Below are positions 1 to 9,775 of a stretch of 64,000 bases of DNA, one piece after another. The notes under the pieces are model-generated. The model saw nothing but the letters and a program-made list of their open reading frames with translations, was not told the origin of the DNA and did not search any database. The DNA lies in assembly GCA_963771355.1 (NCBI GenBank), contig CAVYTA010000006.1:1216001-1280000 (forward strand), in the 5' to 3' direction. The stretch's first letter is position 1, and each line of letters starts with the position of its first letter. A program made the translations under genes and the position numbers. This DNA comes from an uncultured Candidatus Rokubacteria bacterium. Its GTDB lineage: Bacteria > Methylomirabilota > Methylomirabilia > Rokubacteriales > CSP1-6.

Positions 1-26
1 TCGATGATGACGCGTGAGGAACAGCT

Positions 27-464
27 ATGAGACGGCTGCTCAGAGCGATCACGGTCGTCACGGCCATCTTCCTTCTCGTCGTGCCGGCCGCCACTCACGC
101 GCAGCAACCAGCAATGCCGGTGATCGGTTTCCTCGGCACCTCGACGGCCGCGGCTTGGGCAGGTTACGTGGCCGGGTTCCGTCAGGGGCTCAGCGAGGCT
201 GGCTATGTCGACGGCCGCAACGTCACGATCGAATTCCGCTGGGCGGAGGACCGATCCGATCGATTGTCGCCGCTCGCGGCTGATTTGGTCGGCCGTCAGG
301 TGACCGTGATCGTCACAAGCGCTGGAACGGCTCTGGCACTCGCGGCGAAGGCCGCGACTCCGACTATCCCCGTCGTTTTCGTGATGGGGGCCGACCCCGT
401 CAAGTTCGGTCTCGTCGCCAGTCTCGGTCGTCCGGGAGGGAACCTCACGGGGGTGTCAAGCTGA
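27..464 (+). pseudogene. C-terminally truncated ABC transporter substrate-binding protein (ABC_sub_bind-type)
   Basis: Signal peptide followed by MPVIGFL...[16 protein letters not shown]...[13 protein letters not shown]. Stops at 145 aa; the two paralogs in this window are about 335-340 aa. Confidence 0.8.
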
Positions 465-519
465 GGCGGAGGCGGAGGGCATCGTTGCTCGTCTACCCCA
501 TCGGCGGCACTCTTACGTA

Positions 520-1068
<549 letters not shown>

Positions 1069-1100
1069 CTATCGGGCCTCAGACGGCTCCGAGCGCCGCC

Positions 1101-1135
1101 GCCTAACCCGCCGCTGAACCGCAGTATCGTTAGCC
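1101..1135 (+). mobile_element. Degenerate (internally deleted) attC-like site
   Basis: GCCTAAC (RYYYAAC) ... GTTAGCC just after a gene end. Left arm CCGCCGCTG resembles the 4706 site, but the whole site is only 35 bp. Confidence 0.5.
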
Positions 1136-1399
1136 GCTATGATGTGTGACCGATCGGTGCGAGCATGCGCGGGCGCGCCCTGGAAGGCGCGCATGTGTCA
1201 GAACGAGGGAGGTTCCAGGGCTGGCGATGACGGTTAAGACACTGCGCCCCCAATCGCGAGTGGCGCGATCACGGACAGTGAGCGTGAAGTTCGGTCGGCG
1301 CCACGAGGCCGGACGCGCGCTTCGTCATACTGTCGACTCACGCTGCGCGGAGCTAATCGTGCAGGGTGTGCCACGATCGGACACGGCGAGTGCTAAGTG

Positions 1400-1563
1400 A
1401 CAACGCATCACGCTGGGGCCCGGTAGCGGCCATCGCCGCGATCAGCATGAACAGCAATTGAAGGAGCTCGCGACCCTCGGCATCAAGCGGGTCGGGCTCA
1501 TGATCTGCGAGACGCTTTTGCTTGGCACTGCTGGTCCTCGCGCTCCTGCGCTGGGGCGGCTGA
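1400..1563 (+). pseudogene. Frameshifted 3' remnant of a YeiH-type putative sulfate exporter
   Basis: Joining three frames gives SRWGPVAAIAAISM / QLKELATLGIKRVGLMICET / FCLALLVLALLRWGG*, which resembles the C-terminus of this family. Confidence 0.5.
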
Positions 1564-1623
1564 AGGCGCAAGGCACCGCCCCAGATCGCTGCCTGTGAGT
1601 GCGCTCTCTTCAAAGGATAAGGC

Positions 1624-3324
1624 ATGAACGGCTGGAAGCGTTGGCTGCCCGGGCTGCAGATGGCCAGCCGGTACGAGGCCGCCTGGCTGCCGCACGATCT
1701 TATGGCCGGCCTGGTACTGACCACGATGCTGGTGCCGGTTGGAATTGCCTACGCAGTGGCCTCGGGCGTCCCGGGGATCTACGGCCTGTACGCCACCATC
1801 GTCCCGCTGCTCGCCTACGCCCTGTTCGGCCCGAGCCGGATCCTGGTGCTGGGGCCGGATTCCGCGCTCGCCGCGGTGATTCTCGCGGTCGTGCTGCCTC
1901 TCTCTGCCGGCGACCCGATGCGCGCCGTGGCCCTGGCGAGCATGATGGCGGTGGTGTCGGGACTGGTGTGCATTCTGATCGGCGTAATGCGCCTGGGATT
2001 CGTCACCGAGCTGCTGTCCAAACCGATCCGCTACGGCTACATGAACGGCATCGCGCTCGCCGTGCTGATCAGCCAGCTGCCGAAGCTGTTCGGCTTTTCG
2101 ATCGACAGCGTCGGGCCGCTGCGCGACCTCCTGCGGATCGCGCGGTCGATCCTGGGCGGCCAGGCCAACTGGACGGCGTTCGCGGTCGGCGCCGGCACGC
2201 TGGTGGCGATCCTGCTGCTCAAGCCCTGGAAGCGAATCCCCGGCCTACTGATCGCGGTCGTGGGCGCCACGGTCGCGGTAGGCGCGCTCGGCCTGGACGA
2301 GAGCGCCGGGGTGAAGGTGCTCGGTCCGCTGCCGCAAGGCCTGCCGTCGTTCGCGCTGCCGTGGATAGATCTCGCCGACCTCGTCCAGGTGGTGATCGGC
2401 GGCTGCGCCGTCGCCCTGGTGGCGTTTGCCGACACGAGCGTCCTGTCGCGCACGTATGCGGCCAAGACCCGCTCCCAGGTCGATCCGAACCAGGAGATGA
2501 TCGGCCTGGGCGCCGCGAACCTGGCGGCCGGGCTGTTCCAGGGCTTCCCGATCAGCAGCAGCTCCTCGCGCACGCCGGTCGCCGAAGCCGCGGGCGCGAA
2601 GACCCAGCTCACCGGCGTGGTCGGCGCCGCGGCCGTTGCCCTGCTGCTGTTAGTCGCACCCAATCTGCTGGAAGACCTGCCCAGCAGCGCGCTGGCAGCC
2701 GTCGTGATTGCGGCGGCCATCGGCCTGTTCGAATTCGACGACCTGCGCCGCATTTTCCGCATCCAGCGCTGGGAGTTCTGGCTGTCCGTCGTTTGCTTCG
2801 TTGGCGTCGCAGCATTCGGAGCGATTCCCGGCATCTGCTTGGCGATCGTCATCGCCGTCATGGAGTTTCTCTGGGACGGCTGGCGGCCACATTACGCCGT
2901 GCTGGGCCGAGTCGACGGCATCCGGGGCTTCCACGACATCAAGCGCTATCCCGAGGCGCGGCTCGTTCCGGGCCTGGTCCTGTTCCGCTGGGATGCGCCG
3001 CTCTTCTTCGCCAATGCCGAGCTGTTTCACCAGCGCGTGCTCGAGGCCGTGGCGCAATCGCCGACGCCGATGCGCCGGATCATCGTGACCGCCGAGCCGG
3101 TCACCAGCATCGACGTGACCTCGGCGGACATGCTCGCCGAGCTGGAGCATGCCCTGCGCGAATCGGGCATCGAGATGCGCTTCGCGGAAATGAAGGACCC
3201 GGTCAAGGACAAGCTGAAGCGCTTCGAACTGTTCGAGCGCTTCGGTACCGCGAGCTTTCATCCTACCGTGGGCGCCGCCGTCGACGCCTACCTAGAAGAG
3301 CACTCGGTGGATTGGAAACCCTGA
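1624..3324 (+). CDS. SulP family inorganic anion transporter with C-terminal STAS domain
   Basis: DLMAGL...VPVGIAYA...GLYA, many TM segments, DPNQEMIGLG, PLFFANA, DVTSA. Confidence 0.95.
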   Translation: MNGWKRWLPGLQMASRYEAAWLPHDLMAGLVLTTMLVPVGIAYAVASGVPGIYGLYATIVPLLAYALFGPSRILVLGPDSALAAVILAVVLPLSAGDPMRAVALASMMAVVSGLVCILIGVMRLGFVTELLSKPIRYGYMNGIALAVLISQLPKLFGFSIDSVGPLRDLLRIARSILGGQANWTAFAVGAGTLVAILLLKPWKRIPGLLIAVVGATVAVGALGLDESAGVKVLGPLPQGLPSFALPWIDLADLVQVVIGGCAVALVAFADTSVLSRTYAAKTRSQVDPNQEMIGLGAANLAAGLFQGFPISSSSSRTPVAEAAGAKTQLTGVVGAAAVALLLLVAPNLLEDLPSSALAAVVIAAAIGLFEFDDLRRIFRIQRWEFWLSVVCFVGVAAFGAIPGICLAIVIAVMEFLWDGWRPHYAVLGRVDGIRGFHDIKRYPEARLVPGLVLFRWDAPLFFANAELFHQRVLEAVAQSPTPMRRIIVTAEPVTSIDVTSADMLAELEHALRESGIEMRFAEMKDPVKDKLKRFELFERFGTASFHPTVGAAVDAYLEEHSVDWKP

Positions 3325-3325
3325 A

Positions 3326-3365
3326 AAGCAAAAAAGACCGGACCTCTTGCGAGACCGGGTTCTTC
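3326..3365. terminator. Intrinsic terminator-like hairpin
   Basis: A-tract, then GACCGGACCTC-TTGC-GAGACCGG, then TTCTT. On the minus strand it has a GCAA loop and a U-tract. Confidence 0.6.
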
Positions 3366-3549
3366 GTCTCGAGTATAGGGTGGCGAAAACCTACTTTTGC
3401 AACGAAGGCACACTTTCATCGTCGCAACTCCGTCTGCCCCGGATCGGGCGTGCTGGTACGACGGGCCGTCAAGGCGGGTGCTCGAGCCACCGGAAGCGAC
3501 GGAGCCCGTAATCGCGACGGTCGATCATGCTGATATCCGTGGGAGCGTC

Positions 3550-3638
3550 GTCTAACAACCGATTGGTGCGGCCGGCGTCCAGGTTACGGTGACAACCTCT
3601 AGACGTGGTAGCGCCGCCGCTCAACCGGAGCGTTCGGC
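3550..3638 (+). mobile_element. attC-like integron cassette recombination site (89 bp)
   Basis: GTCTAAC...GTTCGGC with imperfect complementary arms CCGATTGGTGCGGCCGGCG / CGCCGCCGCTCAACCGG containing extrahelical bases. Confidence 0.75.
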
Positions 3639-3672
3639 GACTTCGCGAAACTCAACGGTCGGAGGACAGCCT

Positions 3673-4698
3673 ATGCTTGGTCGCACCCCTCATCCTTGTG
3701 CCTGGCTCCTCGCCTCGCGATGCGCGCTTGTCCTTTCCGTGATTCTGGGCATGCTCGCTGCGTCCCTCCCGGCGGCGGCGCAGGCGCCCCAGAAGGTCTA
3801 TCGCGTCGGTCACCTTGCGGCACCGGGTCGAACACCCGACGGTGCCCCGCCGCGCGTACTCCGTGAAGCGTTGCGAGAGCTCGGCTACGTCGAGGGCCAG
3901 AACATCGCATACGAGGCCCGTTTTGCTGAGGGCAAGCTGGAGCGGCTGCCAGATTTGGCGGCCGAGCTCGTCCGGCTCAAGGTCGACGTCATCGTGGCGC
4001 AAGGGGGGGCGTCGACGGAGGCGGCAAGGCGAGCGACATCGACGATTCCGATCATCATGGCGCCGGCCTCGGGGGATGCCGTGGCGGTCGGATGGATCGC
4101 AACCCTTGCGCGCCCAGGCGCGAACGTCACCGGATTGAGCGATGAGTCCATCCAACTGAGTGCCAAGCGGATGGAGCTTCTCAAGGAGGCGCTGCCGAAA
4201 GCAGCCCTGATCGCGATCATCTGGAACGCCAACGATCGTGGTATGACGCTGCGCTACCGCGAGATCGAGAAAGCGGCGCTCACCCTCCGTGTGGAGGTGC
4301 AAGGGCTGGGCGTGCGCGATCCCGAGGACTTCGCGGCGGCATTCGCCACGATGACACAGCGCAGGCCAGACGCGATGTTCCTGGTTGCGGACGCTCTCAC
4401 GAACATCAATCGTAAACGGTTTGTCGAGTTCGCGGCGACCCACCGCATTCCGGCAATGTATGAGTCCAGCGTCATCGTCCGCGAGGGGGGGCTGATGTCG
4501 TACGGGTCCAGCTTCGAGGACGAGTTCCGTGAGGCCGCCCGGTACATCGATCGCATTCTCAAGGGCGCGAAGCCGGCGAATCTGCCCGCCGTGCAGCCAA
4601 CGAAGTACTACTTCGTGGTCAATCTCAAGACGGCGACCACTTTGGGGCTGACGTTTCCCCAGTCCCTGCGCCTCCGGATCGACGAACTGGTCGAGTAG
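3673..4698 (+). CDS. ABC transporter substrate-binding protein (orphan, cassette-borne)
   Basis: GGAGG RBS at 3661; LRELGYVEGQNI, LVRLKVDVIV, RPGANVTG, GGLMSYG, ILKGAKPANLP. Confidence 0.9.
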   Translation: MLGRTPHPCAWLLASRCALVLSVILGMLAASLPAAAQAPQKVYRVGHLAAPGRTPDGAPPRVLREALRELGYVEGQNIAYEARFAEGKLERLPDLAAELVRLKVDVIVAQGGASTEAARRATSTIPIIMAPASGDAVAVGWIATLARPGANVTGLSDESIQLSAKRMELLKEALPKAALIAIIWNANDRGMTLRYREIEKAALTLRVEVQGLGVRDPEDFAAAFATMTQRRPDAMFLVADALTNINRKRFVEFAATHRIPAMYESSVIVREGGLMSYGSSFEDEFREAARYIDRILKGAKPANLPAVQPTKYYFVVNLKTATTLGLTFPQSLRLRIDELVE

Positions 4699-4705
4699 AT
4701 GGATC

Positions 4706-4762
4706 GCCGAACAAGCCGCTGCAGCGGACCGGCTGCGCCAGCCCTGAGCGCCGACGTTAGCC
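4706..4762 (+). mobile_element. attC-like integron cassette recombination site (57 bp)
   Basis: GCCGAAC...GTTAGCC beginning 7 bp after the stop codon. Arms CGCT[G]CAG / CTGAGCG have an extrahelical G. Confidence 0.75.
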
Positions 4763-4819
4763 GTCGTGCGGCCGGGCGCGGCCGGCGGATAGGCTACAAT
4801 CGGCTCTAAAGGAGGGCCG

Positions 4820-5347
4820 ATGCGGCTCCTAGCCCTTACCCTGCTCCTGCTCTTCGCGTCCCCGGGCTCCGCGCAGATGTCGCCATTCGAATTCAATGGT
4901 GTCGCGCTGGGAACCGATCTCGCGTCGATCGAGCGCACGTCCCGCTTCTCGTGCACGGAGTCGCGGAGCCCGGTCGCGGACCAGCTCTGCCGCCTCAAGT
5001 CGGGTGAGCGCGAGACCATCGGCGACGCCCCGGTGAAGGGGCTCTTCCTCTACTTCTATTCGGGCAAGCTCGAGATGATCTCCCTCACCCTCGAGCCAAA
5101 GCACTTCCCCGACGTCGTGGGCGCCCTGACGAAACGGTATGGCACGGGAAGCATAGAAACCGAGACCGTGCAGAATCTCACCGGCGGAACGTTCGAGAAC
5201 AAGATCTATTCCTGGCGCCGAAACAAGGCAACGCTCGAAGCGCAGACCTACGGCAGGAACCTCGAAACGTCGTCCCTGATCTATCGCACCGACTTTTCCC
5301 TGGAGGAGTATACGCGGCGGAGCAGCGCGAATCCGGCGGGCCGCTAG
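4820..5347 (+). CDS. Hypothetical exported protein
   Basis: Signal peptide, AAGGAG RBS, TACAAT -10-like element upstream, two Cys. Confidence 0.8.
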   Translation: MRLLALTLLLLFASPGSAQMSPFEFNGVALGTDLASIERTSRFSCTESRSPVADQLCRLKSGERETIGDAPVKGLFLYFYSGKLEMISLTLEPKHFPDVVGALTKRYGTGSIETETVQNLTGGTFENKIYSWRRNKATLEAQTYGRNLETSSLIYRTDFSLEEYTRRSSANPAGR

Positions 5348-8300
5348 CCCGAGGCCCACACGTCCACGAGATACCGGTTCCGCGCGACGAGATCGTCGAG
5401 CCATGCCTCCGCCTGCGCCGCCGTCCCGCCGGTCTTCGCGCGGTGGATGGCGGCGAAGGCGCGCCGCACGTCGGGAGCCATGCGGGTGGCGTCCCCGCAG
5501 ACGTAGACGATCGCGCCCGCCTCCAGGAGGGTCCAGACGTCGTCCTTCCGCTCGACAACCTCGTCCTGCACATAGACGCGCGCCCGGTCGGCCACCCGCG
5601 AGAAGCAGGGATAGAGCGACGCCACCCCTCCCTCGGCGAAGGCGCGCAGCTCCCCTGCGTAGATGAAGTCCTGCTCGGGATGTCGGCAGCCGAAGAAGAG
5701 GAGGGCGGGGCCGATGGGCCGGCTCTGCGCACGCAGAGCGGCGCGCTCCTGGAGGAAGCCGCGGAACGGGGCCAGGCCGGTGCCGGGGCCGATCATGATG
5801 AGGGGCGTCGTCGGATCGTCGGGGAGGCGGAACGCCGACCGGGTGTCCTTCACGAACGCCTGGACGAGGCTTCCCTCCCCCTGGCGGAGGAGGTGATTCG
5901 AGCACACGCCCTCGAAGACCCCGCGGCCGGACCGCGCCTCGCCCGCCACTACCGCCACCGTGATGCTGCAGCGCCGCGCGTCGTGGAGCGGCGACGACGA
6001 GATCGAGTAGTAGCGCGGGCGGAGCGGCGGGAGCATCTCGAGATACACGTTGAACGGGAGCTGGCAGGCCGGGTACTCCTCGAGGAGGTCGAGCACCGAC
6101 TTGCGGCGCGCCATCACCTCGTCCTTGTAGCGTGCCTCGTCAGCCGCCAGCGCGGCCAGCCGCGGCCGCGTCCACGGGCATTCCGTGTGCTCGACCATGG
6201 TCTGGAGGTGGCGGCGCGAAGCGACCTCCTGGAGCTCCAGGTAGTCGCCGAGGAGGCGCGCGAGCGCGATCGGCGCGTCCACGGGGAGGAAGCCCGGGCG
6301 CCCGCCCTCGCGGTGGAGCCGCACGTGACTGGCCGGATCCAGGCCGAAGCGCGCGGTCACCCGGGCGACAAGCGCGTGGGGATTCCGCGGCGCCACGCCC
6401 AGATGGTCGCCTGCGCGATACGCCACCCCCGCAGGAAGCTCGAGCTCGAGGTGGCGGGTCGAGCGCTCCGACGGGAAGGGGCCGCGCCTTGGTGTGGAGC
6501 TCACGGTTAACGGCCACGCGCATGGGGCGGGCGCCATGGCCGTCCTCGCGAGTGCCCGCATCCGGCCCCGCCACGATCTCGACGGTGAGGTGCGCCGGCT
6601 CGGCGGCTTCGGCGGGGGTCAGCTCGACCCCCAGCGTGGTGGCGACGGCGCCCCAGAGCGGCTCCTGCCAGGCTTCGAACTGAGCGTCGAAGTCGTCCCG
6701 CGCGTCGCCTTCACCACGTGGGTGTAAACGCTGGGCGCCCAGCGCCTCGAGCCGAGCATCGATCAGGCGCGGGATGGCCTGGAACGTCGCCGCCCAGTCG
6801 CGGTTGCCGCAGCCGAACACCGCATAGCGGACGCCGGCGAGGGCGCCGGGGGCGAGCCCGCCGTCGCGCAGCCAGTCGCAGAAGCGCCCGGCATTGTCGG
6901 GGGGCGTGCCGTTGTAGGACGCGGTGGTGATGAGGACGGCACCCTCGCGGGGCAGCCGGCCGGCGTACTCGTCGAGGGACGCGACGGTCACTGCGAAGCC
7001 TTGCCCCTCGCCTGCCTCGGCGATGCGCCGCGCGACCTCCTCGGCGGTGCCGAGGTTCGACCCGTACAGCACGATGGAGCGGGGTCTGGTGGCCTGGGCG
7101 AGAGGCGCGCGCGGCCGGCGCGACGCGGGCGGCCACCGCCGCGCCCGTGCTCGTGGTGGCGACCGCACGTCCCGTCGCCGCGCGATCGCGGTCGGTGCGG
7201 CGCCGGACCTTGATGCGGAACTGGTCCGGCTTCACCGTGAGGGTTTCCTTGAGGGTAAGCCGGTAGCGCGTGTGATCGATGAGCTTGAAGCGCTGGAGGA
7301 TCATCCCGAGGACGAGCGCCGCCTCCTGCAGGGCGAACTGCCGGCCGATGCAGGCCCGCTGGCCATTGCCGAAGGGCTTGTACGCGTTGGCGGGACGCTG
7401 TCGCTCCGCCTCACGGCTGAAGTTGTCGGGGTTGAAGACGTCGGCCTGCTCGCCCCACACCTTCCGGTCGCGGTGGAGCATGGGACTCAGCACCACGATC
7501 TGGTAGTTCTTCCGCATCCGGTACAATCCGCCAATCATCTCGTCCTTGTACGGCGACAGCGCGAACACCGGCGCGGTGGGCCAGAGCCGGAGCGATTCCT
7601 TCAGGATCTGCTCGAGGTAGGCGAGCTGATTCACCTGGGCGTAGGTGGGTAACACCCCCGGATCCGGCCCGAGCACGCGATCCACCTCGGCGGAGGCGCG
7701 GGCGAGCACGTCGGGATTGTTGAGGAGATAGTAGACGGCGAAGGAGAGGAGCCCGCTCGTGGTCTCGTGGCCGGCGATGAGGAAGGTGATGACCTGGTAG
7801 CGGATATTGAGGTCGTCGAGCCGTTCGCCCGTCTTCCGGTCGACGCCGGAGAGCATGTGGCTGAGGAGATCGGGCTTGTCGGCGAGGTCGTCGCCGCTCT
7901 CCCGCCGCTCCCGCACGATCCGGTCCACCATCTCGTTCATGTAGCGGATGTCGGCGCGGAGCTTCCGCTCCCGGTCCTTCTTCACGATGCTCTCGAGCGG
8001 GAGACCCCGGGTCTCCATCGACGTGCCCAGCGCGCCGATCATGGCGCCCACGAAGGGGTGCGGCGACTCCCGGTAGAACGAGTTGAAGCGGTAGCCGAAG
8101 CCGCAGAGGCCGATGGTGTCGAGCGTCAGCGACGTCATGTCATGGGTGACGTCGATCTCGTCGTCGGCGTTGAGGCGGTCCCACTTGAGCACGAGCTGCT
8201 CGGCGATGTCGAGCATCATGGGGTGATAGCCCTGCATCGCGCGCTGGCCGAAGCTCGGCAGGAGGATGTTGTGCGCTCGGGACCAGTTGGGCTCCTGGGT

Positions 8301-8594
8301 GTAGGCGGTGAAGAGCCCGTCGCCCGCGAAGTCGCGCAGCCGGCGGAGAGCTCCGCGCACGCTCTTGTCGAAGCGCGACTCGTCACAGAGCTCGTCCACG
8401 AGGTCGAATCCCGAGACGATCACCACCGGCTTGCCGAGCATGTCGAGCCAGTAGATCGGACCGTACTCTTGGGCCAGCTTCATCATGTCCTGCACGGGCG
8501 AGATGGTGGTGAGCGAGAGGAGATTGCCCAGGACGAAGGTCCGCGGCGGATGGGGGATCGGGGTGAGGGCATTCTTCTTCGCCATCTCGCTCAC
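5344..8594 (-). pseudogene. Bifunctional cytochrome P450/NADPH-P450 reductase (CYP102/BM3-like) with two apparent frameshifts (~7075, ~6485)
   Basis: Heme domain (AGHETT, ESLR, FGNGQRACIG), flavodoxin domain (YGSNLGTAE, FGCGNRDW) and FAD/NADPH domain (RYYSISSSP, GPGTGLAPFRGF, YLVDVW) lie in three consecutive reading frames. The shifts may be sequencing errors. Confidence 0.9.
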
Positions 8595-8648
8595 CCGCCC
8601 CGCGGGCCGGTGCTGCCACGGACCTGCCTCAGCGCCATCGCGCCGGAC

Positions 8649-9065
8649 TCAGGCCCGCGGGCCGCCGCCCGGGCGTAGCGTCTCTCCCGCGCGGACGAGG
8701 GCCTCCATCCACAGCTTGTAGGCCTTGCCCTGGGCCTGGGTGAGGCGGGAAATGGCGTCGGAGAGTTCGGTGGGGGAAGCGCCGGTGGCCAGCGCCAGGG
8801 GCAGGCGCATCCAGGCCTGCCCGGCGGCAAAGGCAGCCTCGTGCAGCTCGCGGAGCGCCGCCGCCCCCTCCGCGGAGATCCCGGCGCCGGCGCGCGGGAG
8901 CTGGGCCGTCCACGCGCCCGTCACCTCGCCCAAGCTCCGCGCGGTGTTGTTCCAGAACTCTTGCGCCTGGCGGAACCCTTCGAGGAGCGAGCGCGAGCCC
9001 GTCTCCCACATCTGGCGCATTTCTTCCGGATTCATGCCGGGGGGTGTGCCGGGCGGCGCGGCCAT
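8649..9065 (-). CDS. Hypothetical helical protein, possibly PHA-granule associated (PhaE/phasin-like)
   Basis: Strong AAGGAGG RBS. Amphipathic Trp/Ala/Gln-rich helices similar in style to 20610..21131. Confidence 0.65.
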   Translation of the reverse strand: MAAPPGTPPGMNPEEMRQMWETGSRSLLEGFRQAQEFWNNTARSLGEVTGAWTAQLPRAGAGISAEGAAALRELHEAAFAAGQAWMRLPLALATGASPTELSDAISRLTQAQGKAYKLWMEALVRAGETLRPGGGPRA

Positions 9066-9083
9066 GGGGTACCTCCTTTGCGG

Positions 9084-9662
9084 CTATTCCACGAACTCGG
9101 TCAGTCCCGTGACGTCGTAGGCCATGACCACGAGGTCGCGCGTCCGTCCCGCGTGATCCACCACGAAGTCCTGGAGCAACGCCTCCGGCTTGAAGCCGAG
9201 CCGCTCGAAGGTGGCGATGGCCCCCTTCTGGTCGGTGGTCATCTGGGCGACGATCTTCCGCAGACCCCGCTCGCGCCCGATGGAAAAGATCTCGCCGGCG
9301 AGGGCGCGCCCCAGGCCACGGGATCGGTACGGGAGGCCAACCTGAGTGCGGATCTCGCCGAGATGGCGTTGCCAGGCGACGCGGTTCTGGACCAGGGAGG
9401 CGTAGCCCGCAGTCTCTCCATTCGCCTCGGCGATCACGGTGGTGGCAAGCCCGGCCTCGAGATTGCGCACCCACAGCGCCACCGCGCCGGGGTCCGTGAT
9501 GTCCATCCGGAGAAAGAGGAGGTCGTCTTCGGGCAGATTCCGCGCGAAGGTCGCGATGCGCGCCGCGTCCGCCGCGGTCATGAGGCGCAGGCTCACCGGC
9601 GTTCCGTCCCCCAGCCGCACGGTGTGCGGATACGCGCGCGCAGTCGCGCGCGGCGGGGTCAT
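9084..9662 (-). CDS. GNAT family N-acetyltransferase
   Basis: VRLGDGTPVSLRLM, YRSRGLGRAL (motif A), AIATFERLGF (motif B). Confidence 0.9.
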   Translation of the reverse strand: MTPPRATARAYPHTVRLGDGTPVSLRLMTAADAARIATFARNLPEDDLLFLRMDITDPGAVALWVRNLEAGLATTVIAEANGETAGYASLVQNRVAWQRHLGEIRTQVGLPYRSRGLGRALAGEIFSIGRERGLRKIVAQMTTDQKGAIATFERLGFKPEALLQDFVVDHAGRTRDLVVMAYDVTGLTEFVE

Positions 9663-9775
9663 GGAGAATCCTTCTGGTGGCGCATTGGCGGGTAACGCAT
9701 GGGGAGCCAGTATAAACGAGCCCTCCACGCGACACCACCGCCGACGGGGAGCGGGCACGGTACAGTGGCAGGAGC

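Noticed and set aside
1146..1400. 84-aa ORF as a cassette gene
   Set aside because: No RBS, atypical composition and no recognisable motif.
5344..8594. Three separate genes for P450, flavodoxin and reductase
   Set aside because: The ORFs overlap extensively, lack credible starts and rejoin into one CYP102-type polypeptide with single-base corrections.
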